Part shown: positions 54,481-64,000 of the stretch, piece after piece
Layout: every line of letters starts with the position of its first letter
How positions within the stretch are numbered: position 1 is the first letter of the stretch
Source of the DNA: Guillardia theta CCMP2712
Lineage: Eukaryota; Protista; Cryptophyta
Direction of reading: 5' to 3'
Assembly: GCF_000315625.1 (NCBI RefSeq)
Contig: NW_005434611.1
Coordinates: 55,574-119,573, forward strand
DNA length: 64,000 bases
Position numbers and translations under genes: made by a program
Notes under the pieces: generated by a model
What the model was told of the DNA's origin: nothing
The model's input: the letters and a program-made list of their open reading frames with translations, nothing else
The model's database searches: none

Positions 54481-56749
54481 CTATACAAGAAGATACTTTC
54501 GTCCCTCATCTCCTTCAGATGAAAGCCCACCCGATGCTCTTCGCCGGGTGCATCTTCGTCGCGCTAACAGCTGCACCCTGACCGCCTCCGCCTGTGATGA
54601 GTTGAGGAGGCGAAGAGGGAGAGAGCGAGGATGAGCAAGGAAGGGGGCAGTTGATGAGGAGGATGGCGAGGAAGAGGGGAGAGAGGGCAGAAGGGAGAAG
54701 CAGGAGCGAGAGGAGGAGGAGGAGCGGGAGGAGAGCGAGGAGGAGAGCGGAGAGCAGGGCAGGAGGGAGAAGCAGGAGCGAGAGGAGGAGGAGGAGCGAG
54801 AGGAGGAGGAGCGAGAGGAGGAGGAGGAGCGGGAGGAGAGCGAGGAGGAGAGCGGAGAGCAGGGCAGGAGCGACCTGAATGTGCAACCATGTCGGCCGTG
54901 AGTACAGGCGGTGCTGATCCACGACTGAGAGCTCGAGGAACCCGACCGAGGCGGGCCTTGGCGTCTGCTGGAGAAAATCAGAGGAGGCTGGGGGAGAGGT
55001 TGGTAGGCGCTCTTACCGAAGGAGCTGCCGCTGGAGTACTGCGTGAGCTGCTCAACTTGTAGCGCGTACTCCTTCTGCGAAAACATCAGACGGCAGCAAG
55101 GGTCACACATCGGTGGCGGTGGGGGGGGAGGGAGGGAGAGACTGGTGAGAAGGGGAGGGGGAGGATGGGTAGGAGGAGGATCCGTGGGGACTGGTGAGGA
55201 GGGGAGGGAGAGGAGAAGGATAGGTAGGAATAGCAGGGGGATTGAGACGAGAAAGAGCGACAGTTTGAAGGGAGGAGGAGGAGGAGGAGGACAGTACGGG
55301 TGGATGTGAGGAGGAAGGGCGGGGGTCGAGCTGAGCACCTGCTGGGAATCTCGAGAGATCCATGACTCGCTGCGGAGGTTGTTGTCATGGTCCGAACCAT
55401 CCTCGTGTTCCTCCTGCAGGATCCTCTCGTTCGACGCCGCTCCTTCCGACATCGACGAGCCCTTCCCTTCCTCTGTGCTCCGTTCACTGTACGGGCTGTC
55501 CCTGCCCTGAAAATCTTTGCCGCTGGGTGTGTCCGCGACAGAAAGCGCCTGGAAGGAGGAGAAAAGCTCAGACTGGAGGACAGCATTCTCATCTAGCTCA
55601 CCGATTCCTCGGAGATGGCATGTGTAGACAACTTCTCTGTTGATCGTGTCAGCGCATGACAAGGAAGGGAGGAGGCAGAGCAACCTAGCATGCTGCTCGA
55701 GATCCTTGGTGACTTGTTAGACTGGTGCATCTTGATCGGATTCCGAAACAAGCAGCAACCCGCCTTCTCTGCACCAGCAGAAAAGAAACCATCAGTCCCA
55801 GGAACTTGGGGTGAAGCGAGAAAGCTACTTGTCAGATCGTCGTCGTCCGAGTCGAACGCTTCATCGCACGATTTTCCCTCTTGCAAGGGAAAGAGGGGAG
55901 GAACAGAGTTGCTGCAACTGAAGATCTGATTGCAAGACAGGGGAATGAAATCTGCAGAAGCCTCCGGCATCGGTTTGCGAAATTCTGGCACAGCAGTCGC
56001 TTCGAACTCCTTATCGTCCGCCTGGGATCCATGTCAAGACAACTCTTCTCTGTCATAACAACATCATCCTTCTACCTGTAGCCCCTCAATGAAAGAGATC
56101 GAGTCCGAGTCAAAGTCCTCTGCTTCTCCTTCCACATCCAACTCTGACGAAGGGTCAGGATCCAACGATGCCTCTCCGTCCATGCTTTGCAGCTCGACGT
56201 CCAGCTCTTGCACTTGCGCTTGCCCCTTGCTGCTAGCTTGCTCGAAGATAGAGACCCCGTCGCTGAGGCCTTTCATGTGGGTATAGGTCACGATATAGTT
56301 TTCGTTGAGCCACTTAGTGACGTGATCGCGGCTCCTCTCGACGGTCTGCATCCTCTTCCTCAACTCCTCTTGCCTTGCTATGCGCTGTAGAGCAAGGGCT
56401 GCCTTCGCCCTCTGCAAAATCTCGTCGTTCCCATTGCGGCGCAGGTACTGCAAGAAAATCATCAGCATTTCAAAGTAAAACCTCCGATCGTTACCATCGA
56501 GGTGAAGGAGCTGTGGATTCTACCCGACGTCGGCGCAACGACTTTCTGGCTCGCAGAGGTCAAATCTGAGTCCACGCTCTCCTCCTCGCTGTCGTAGAGA
56601 TGGATGCCCAGCTCTCCAATGTCCGGCTCGTCTTTCGACGGCCTGTACATAGCTTCATCCGCCCCCCCCCGAGCGATATCGTCTTGGAGAGGCATCACAC
56701 AAGAGACTATGGCAGCAGCCTCCTGCAAACACAGCGCGACTCTTCCCAC
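54481..56749 (-). CDS. Uncharacterised multi-exon Ser/acidic-rich protein
   Basis: Successive minus-strand coding-like ORFs 56462-56749, 56064-56468, 55593-55991 and part of 54481-55683; no recognisable domain. Confidence 0.5.
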
Positions 56750-57529
56750 AAGCTCCTTCGCTCTACAGATTCAATCCGACGACAAGGATTGAACTGTCCG
56801 AGCTTCGTTTTCACTGCTGGGTATCAGGTAACCATAGGGCGGTGTCTGGACGAATGGCGTCAGGTCACAGCAGTTTAACTTTGCGTTCTGACCCAGCTCT
56901 CAGGCTGTATGCTCGTCGCCTATCCTATCTCTGTCTCTCAACCCCCTCTCAACATTTCGACCCAGTTTGCACTTTGTCGACTACCCAGGCTCTCTTTCAG
57001 CCGCCTCATTCTAAGGTCACTCATAGATCACGGTTCACACTGTAACTCTTCCCCCCATTCTATCGTCTCTCTCGCTGCTTCCTCGTCCATTCTCGACTGA
57101 GTCTTCGCACTCCACTCTCGATGACTTCCTCCCAGTTTTATCTTCCTCCTCACTGGGGCTCTCAGTCAGTTCCTCCGACAGGGCCTGGTGCCCGGCTTCC
57201 TCATCAGCATCAAGTTATCTTAATCTCTCGCTCGATTCCTTCATCCTCCTCCTCCTCCTCCCTTCCTCACTCCTCTCCCCTCCTCTCCTTCTCCGCTTTC
57301 TGCATGACCCTGCTCCCTTTGTCTGCATAATCGTTTCCTCTCCCAAGTAGTTCAGGTTTTCCGTCGTGGGGTGCACGTTTGACTAGCCTCAATGAAACTT
57401 ATGCAGAATTCTATATTTTATATCTGTAAATTTGAAATATCAAATTCAATATTGAAATATTTAGCTAAAATTATTCACATGTAGCACCATCCAGTACTTT
57501 TTAAAAATCCATTTGGAGATCCAATAGTA

Positions 57530-57725
57530 TCGACACCCCCACCCCACCCCACCCCACACGTATGAGAAGCGGTCCGAACTCACCCACCACCCCTACACTC
57601 ATCTTGATGATTCTCTTAGAGGACCCCTACTCTTGTCTTCAAAGTAAACATTCCCATGCACCTTCACCTTCGGAGTACCCCCACCCCATCCTTTGTCGGT
57701 GTGTACCCCCACCCCCCCATTTTTC
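57530..57725. repeat. ACCCC/TACCCC-rich intergenic tract between divergent genes, flanked by AT-rich segments
   Basis: CACCCCCACCCCACCCCACCCC and GTACCCCCACCCC (twice). Confidence 0.6.
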
Positions 57726-58067
57726 ATAGGTTCCTAGGCGGCGCAAGAAGCCAGGCAAACCATGTACTACTACTACTCGTATCACTGATGTTGAGTGAAA
57801 TATTTCACATCCCCTTTTTGAAATATATACCAACAATTTCAAATTTTCAAGAGAATCAATGAAATCTTTGTATTGGATACAGAAAGGATCAGAGGGGGGA
57901 TGAGGGAATCAAGGAAAGAGGGGGATGATGTTGATGCGTAGGAGGGCGATGATATTTTGAAAGTTTGACAGCTGGTCATGGTAGCAGGGAGGGAGGAGGG
58001 GGCGGGAGGGAGGAAGCTGGGGGGAAAGGGAGGCCAAGCGCTCCATGCTGTGAGGCCCTTGTCAAGG

Positions 58068-61000
58068 ATGTCTCCCTCCGACAAGAAGACGTCCAGCTCC
58101 TCTCCTGCCGACAAGAAGAGACCCTCCTCATCCTCCTCCCCTTCCAGGAAGGTTGCTGCTGTAGGTTCTTTGGCGTCCCGGGTGCAGAGTGCGGAGAAGA
58201 AGGTGAAGATGCATGGGGAGGGAGAAAGACCAGATGGATCAGCGAAACATGCAAGAAAGCATGCTGCGAAGGGAGGGGAGCAGAAGGATCGGGGCGACGA
58301 AATCAGGATGGACGAGGATCGGGTGCTACGGGACTCGATCGATCAGTTCTTCAGGAGCCACATGCAAGGATATATACAAGAGATTGAGAAGAGCCATGGC
58401 GGACAGAAAGATTCTTCAGCACAAGAAGAGGATCCATCTGTCGGGTACAGCCATTCGCGGGTCATGGTTGAGAAGCGATGTTGCTGTAATGATAGCGTCG
58501 TGAGTTTCACATGCAGGTGTCGAGGCCGTTGGAGCAGGAGGAGGGAGATTCGGACCATTCTGCTGTCAATCGCAAGGAAAGTTTCCTCCCTTCAAAGTTT
58601 CTGAGGTGATGGAGAGTAACTTTGACGACCCAGCAGGCGCTTACTGAGCAGGAGAAGAGCGATACCGTGGACTCGCTGACGATACGAGCGTTGCAGATGC
58701 AGGAAGGCGGTGGAGATCTCAAGTCTCATGTCGTTGACTATGAAGCAGATCAAGGAGCTGAAGCGGCAGCATGTCATAGAACTCCAGCATGCGCGTCTGG
58801 GGTCACACGGTGGAGGACAGAACGGGGTATCAACGCGTGACATCGAGAAAGCGAGGAAGGAGATTGGCGATCATTACTCCATGAAGCTGCAAGAGTATCA
58901 CCATGTCGTGTTGATGATGGGAGCCTGCCCTTGCCCTGATGCCTGCGGTCTGCAGAACATTGAGAGCAAACTGATGGACGCTGAGAAGAGTGTTGAAGGA
59001 AGGCTGAAGACCTTCGAGTCCGAGATGATACGTCTCAAAGCAGAGCTGCTACAAGTGACTCAGGAGAAGACTGAGCTGCAGAAGGAGCTTCAGTTGCAGC
59101 TGTCTGCGAGCAATCACTTGCAATCCCACCTGCAAAGGTTTCGGCGCTGATGATAGAGGGAAGGAGGAATTTACGTGTGCGTTTCCCAGCATGAAAGAGC
59201 AAAAAGAAAGAACTCATGATGCCATCGAGACGATCAGGAAAGAGCTCGCCGATGAGAAGCGAGCGCATGCTGCAGCTCGACAAGCAGTGGCTGAATGCAG
59301 GCAAGTGATCAACGAGATTAGAGGCAGTCAGGAGAAAGGAGGCCCGGTCGATCATGCTGAGACTGTCCAGCGCCTGCAGGTTGTGGGAGCGATTTTGATT
59401 CCCCTTTCGTATTTTGATACCTCTCGGCAGGAAAAGCTTCACAAGCTCGAGGAAACCTGTCTGAATTTGAGGATGGAGAAGGAGAGTTTGCAGCAGTCCA
59501 GCCAAGAAGCTTGCTCTCGCGCTTCCGCCCTCACGCACGAAATTGACCGACTGAATGTGATCCCCTACCAGGTCGCTTGCTCCTCATGGAATGAACGTGA
59601 CTCGCAGGAGCGGCTGGAGGATCTCAAGTTGGAGATCTACGAGAAAGACTCTAGGATACGAGCTTTGGAGGGTGAGAAGGAGGAGCTGGAGAGTCGCAAC
59701 GTCCTCGCCAGCGAGAGGTACAAGAGCATGGAAGGGCTGCTGGCAGAGAGGACCAAGCAGCGAGACGACGCTTACCTGCGGCTGTCAACCTCGAGTGTTC
59801 ATGTCATGCAGCAAGTCGCCTTGCTGAGCAGCTGACGTGGCCTGGCAGAGCGAGGGGACGCGACATGGGTCGGAGGCAGACAAGTCAAGGATGGAGTATC
59901 TGGAGAGGGAGCTCCAGAGTCAGACCTCTCTCCTGCACTCCTGCCATCAAAAGCTCCAGTCGGCGGAGTCGAGCGTAGAGCAGCTCACGAAGCTGAACAG
60001 GATCCTGCAAGCAGAGCTGGCGGCACAACACGAAGCTCAGGCCCATCAGCTTGTCCCAAGAGAGGAGGAGAGGATAAGTCTCGTCGAGGTGAGCAATGCC
60101 ATTGTCGAAGAGGGAGAGGCTCATTTTGCACTTGAAAAGGAGGGCCGAGAAATGCTCACTGCTGCTCCCCCCGCCAGGCATGCACAATCCTTTCCTTTGC
60201 TCTGCTGACCTTGGAGCAGAGAAGACGGCGTCTCAGTCATGAGGGAAGCAGAAGACAAATACAGCCCATGCTCCTCGCTAGCAGAGAAGATTCAGGTCCG
60301 CGATATGAAGCTGTCGCCTCCTCCTCACCTGCCTTGCAGAAAGAGCTCGAGGAGACAAGGGAGAGGATCGACCGGAACATCGCCTACATGTCCTCCAGCA
60401 GGAAAGAACGCGCAAACGAAGTCGAACCTGTTCCTTTAGCACATCCTTCGTCTTTCGATCCGTTGGAGACAGAGAGACTGGTCGAGGAGGCAGGACGACA
60501 GGAGGCCAAGTACCACCTTCCTGCCGAGAGAAGCAGAGAGTTGCTGAGTCCAAGACGACTTCACTTCAAGAGCGACTCGTCATGGAAGAACTTGAACGTA
60601 GACGCTCCCCTCCAGGTTACAAGTCGCAGCTTCCTCCTCTCTCCATCTCACTATTTTGATCAGAGCCATCACTTCAAGTCGATAGAAGATCAGATGAAGG
60701 CAGAAGTTGAGGCCGAGCAAGCGTGAGACGTCTGACGGTCATGGACGGCACTCAGTCTCACCTGCTAGCGCCAGGTACAAGAGTCTGCCTGCTCTTTACT
60801 TTGGAGATACGTCGCATGATGTCACAATCAAGAACATGTAAGACGCGTCCATGTAGCTTTGTGTCAGCTGGACTATCAGCTGACAAGGGCGAGGAGTCTT
60901 CTGATCTTGTACAACAGCCTGCCGGATGTGTTCGAGATGTGGGAGGAGTTGGCGATCTCCTACAGGCACAGGCTGAGGTTCGTTCAGGCGCTGGGCCGAG

Positions 61001-61776
61001 AGGACGGGGGGTGAGGAGGCACGAGAGTTGAACCTTCCATCGCTGACTGCGTGCGAAGGCGATACTGGGAGGAGGAGAAAGCGAAGCTCGTGGTGGACGA
61101 GAGCCGGTCAGAGTCAAGGCAGGGATCCGTTCCCTTCTCAATTCTTTGCAGGCTGCTGGAGAAGATGAGAACGCAGATAGGACGGGAGATGACGCTGATC
61201 CTGAGGCGAGAAAAATGCCTCCAAGAGTCCCTCCAGCCTATCGATGTCCAGCAGCAACCCAGCAGAGGCGTGTCAAAGGCATCATCCGTCCTCAAGAGTC
61301 AGGAAATCGTCCGAGCTGAGAAGAAGCGACGGGTAGTCTCTCGACCTCTCCTAGCGAGTCGTGAATGACATCTGTTGAATTTCTTGTTCCATGTGCAGGA
61401 AAAAGAATTACAGCGGGCTACCCAGCAGGTTTTGGAGGCAACGACCAAGTTCAAGGCGCTCCATGGCAGGCCAATCCTGTACGATTGATCATCCTCCAGT
61501 ACTTCCCAGCTCCTGACGGACGTGGGCTGCAGGTTCCGAGGCATGAGGTACACCGATGTGATGCGATGGCAGCACGACCAACAACTAGAAAACGACAAGA
61601 GAGAAAAGTCGCGAGATGCCAGCAGGAAGGCAAGCAGGGCGTTCTAAGTATGCGTCGTTGCTAGCTCCCGAAGGCTCATTGTACTATATACATAACTGAC
61701 TCTATCTCTACCTCATCCCTCTCCTCCTGTAGCCATTTCCTCCTATCAAGTTGTCAATATTCTTGCTTGGAGCCTG
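58068..61776 (+). CDS. Long coiled-coil protein with a C-terminal MAP65/Ase1/PRC1 (CCDC87-like) domain
   Basis: Heptad-rich exons. The spliced C-terminus VFEMWEELAISYRHRLRF...LILRREKCL...EIVRAEKKRR/KELQRATQQVLEATTKFKALHGRPIL/FRGMRYTDVM resembles the E-HGRPFLxxGxxY motif of that family. End approximate. Confidence 0.6.
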
Positions 61777-61884
61777 ACTGACCGGCAGTTCGACGTTCAA
61801 GTAACCCAAAAAAATGCTGGATTTGACTTGCTTTGACTTTTTTTTAATTGAGATGTCGGTTTCTTGAAGGCTCAGCGAAAAAGA

Positions 61885-64000
61885 ATGGCGGGTGAAGAGA
61901 GGGGACGGGGAGATCGAGCGAGAGGAGGAGGAGGAGGAGGAGGAGGAGGAGGAGGAGGGGAAAGGAGAGCTGCTGCAGGAGCCAAACGACAGAGCTTCAG
62001 GGAAGCAAGGAGACGGACCTCCTCCATGTCTGGATCGTTTTCGGGTTCAAGCTCGGAATCAAGCTCCAGCTCGCCGGCAAGAGGAGCAAAGAAGAGAGCA
62101 TGGCCGATGACAGAGGAGGAGAGGCGGGCGGAGAGAATCGCTAGGAGGGAGAGGAGGAAGAGGGAGAAGGAAGAGATCGTGCAGAGCGATTCATCCTCAT
62201 CGGAGGATGATGACCCCGTAGAAGCTGAAGCCCTGAAGGAAATGGAGGGGGAGAGGAAGCAGAAGAAGGAGGGAACCATTCCCCTCAAGGCGCGTTTATC
62301 ATCAGCAATGATGGCCTATCCCTTCGTCGGGCAAGTCGCCATGCTGTTCGCCGTGCTCGCGCTGTCCTGCGTCTTGTTTGCTTCCTACGATCGCACTGGC
62401 CCCGGGGTGGCAGAGGAGGATATGATGTTGGCTCTTAACCTGTCGAGCTACTCGTCGAGGTCGGACGGATACCTCGGGAGGCTGACGTACAGGGCAAGGG
62501 AGAGCTTCCAAGAGCTGGAACAGGTCTGGCAGTGGCTCGATGCCGTCATCGCACGTCGAGTCATTGATGGGGAGCCGACGCAGCAGGGAGCGTTCTTACC
62601 CTTCTGGTGGACTTGTTGATAGCTGGAGGTGGGGAAGCTGAGCTGATGGCAGGGGAGGACGCTTCCTTCTCGTACAGTCCGTGCGGCTCATGCAACGGAG
62701 GGTGGACCCGGTGCCATGCCAAGACGGCGCTTACGTGGGCTGCTACCCAGAGCTGAGTCCTTCCAGGTGTGGAGATGGTTGACGAGAGAGGAGAACAGAG
62801 GAGAGTGGTGGTAGTGGTGGTGGTGGAGGAGGAGGCGGAGGAGGAGGAGGAGGAGGAGGAGGAGGAAGAAAACAGGAGTGGAGGACCAGAATAGAGGAAA
62901 TTCGAGCATTGCAATGATGACGATAGAAGATAATGGAGGAGGAGGAGAGGAACAGAGAGACGAGAGGAGTGAGGGTGGGAGGAGCAAGGTGAATGACAAG
63001 GATCGACAGCGAGAGCAAGGCTCCCCTGAAGCTGGAGTCCTCCCTCACCCTCTCGGCCGACATGAAGTGGGGAGAGGCTCTTTCCTTTGCTTCTCTTTGA
63101 GCCCGACGGGCGGGGAAATCGAGGAGCAGTCAGGGGTCCCCGGATGCAACCCGGGCCAGGTAGATGGCGGAGTGCTGGGGCTGTGCTCGATCTCAGGTGG
63201 AGGGAACTCGAGCTATTTTGTGACCAACGAGGTAGGAGGGAGGGAGAGGAGGGAGAGAGAGGAGGGAGAGGAGGGAGAGAGAGGAGGGAGAGGAGGGAGA
63301 GAGAGGAGGGAGAGGAGGGAGAGGAGGGAGGGAGGGGAGGGAGGGGAGGGAGAGGAGTGGAGAGGATGGAGAGGAGGGAGGGAGAGGAGGGTTGCTAGTG
63401 ACCTTGACCCTCCAGGCAACGGTCCGGTGTGGGCTCTGCGTCTACTCTGTGAGGGGGGGAGCTGGAGCTGCATGCAATCTATCGCTGAAAGTTTCGATGC
63501 CTCCTCTCTCAGCTCTGCAAGCCAGTGGGTCAGCCCGTCCGAGCAGCTCGATGTAAGTGCCACTACCTCCTCCTGCTCTCCTCCACCTGGCTCACTTGCT
63601 CGCTCGCCTGCCCTCTCCTCTCTCGCCTCCATCCTCATCCTGTCCTGAATCATCCGTTCGTCCTTGCCCCTACACTCTCTCCTGCATTTCCTCTCCTGGT
63701 CCGCTTGCACTCCGTCACTCCTCCTCCTCCTCCTCCTCCTCCTCCTCCTCCTCCTCCTCCTCCTCCTCCTCCTCAACCTCCTCCCTCCCTCCCTCATCCG
63801 GATGTCAGGTCGCCGGCTCGATATCGTTCGCCTCGCAGCATGGAGGGTGAGAGCAGTCGAGCTGAGCCACCGACTGTTGATCTCTTCACCTTTTCAGGTA
63901 CTTCGCCCTACTACCTCGAAGTCACGGAGCGGCTAGTTTTGTGCTCAAGAAGCTGAGGGATGGAAGATGGATCGATAGGTCAACAAGATCCCTAGTGGTT
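61885..64000 (+). CDS. Polycystin-2/TRPP-like cation channel, 5' part (runs off the window end)
   Basis: S1 helix VAMLFAVLALSCVLFASY, then FQELEQVWQWLDAVI. The spliced W/GGRFLLVQSVRLMQRRVDPVPC...CYPE matches the TOP-domain LLGxxRLRQxRV...C...CY signature. Confidence 0.75.

Noticed and set aside
58890-58960. Second possible GA-AG intron in the coiled-coil gene
   Set aside because: A canonical in-frame CAT|gtcgtg...ctgcag 51-nt intron explains the junction.

Overview
Eukaryotic nuclear DNA. It is GC-rich and gene-dense, with many short (~40-55 nt) spliceosomal introns (CTGAC-type branch points), abundant GA/CT, CAG and GAGCAG microsatellites, and two N gaps. The style suggests a cryptophyte alga such as Guillardia theta; this is inferred from composition and gene content, not verified. 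About 15 protein-coding genes were reconstructed by hand, so exon boundaries are approximate. In order: CCDC57-like (partial), a type II membrane collagen-like protein, a WDR81/GFS12-like BEACH-WD40 protein, an unknown protein, a LamG-like/ARM-repeat protein, an IQ+LRR protein, a signal-peptide/RLRGG GtrA-like protein, a P2B Ca2+-ATPase, a giant Cys-rich type I membrane protein, a C2-domain protein, a two-domain transmembrane class III cyclase, an EF-hand protein, an unknown protein, a coiled-coil protein with a MAP65/Ase1/CCDC87-like C-terminus, and a polycystin-2-like channel (partial). The most interesting signals are: (1) a transmembrane cyclase with inverted C1/C2 catalytic roles, atypical GC-like specificity residues and a 1-nt frameshift at a catalytic Asp; (2) a modular intergenic element family (GGGGTA/TACCCC tracts plus GC-rich cores sharing an exact 16-mer) sitting between divergently transcribed genes; (3) a ubiquitin-like LRGG motif behind a signal peptide on a bacterial-type GtrA protein; (4) a scavenger-receptor-like collagen; (5) an apparently obligatory GA-AG intron. 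No rRNA, tRNA, CRISPR array or transposase was recognised.
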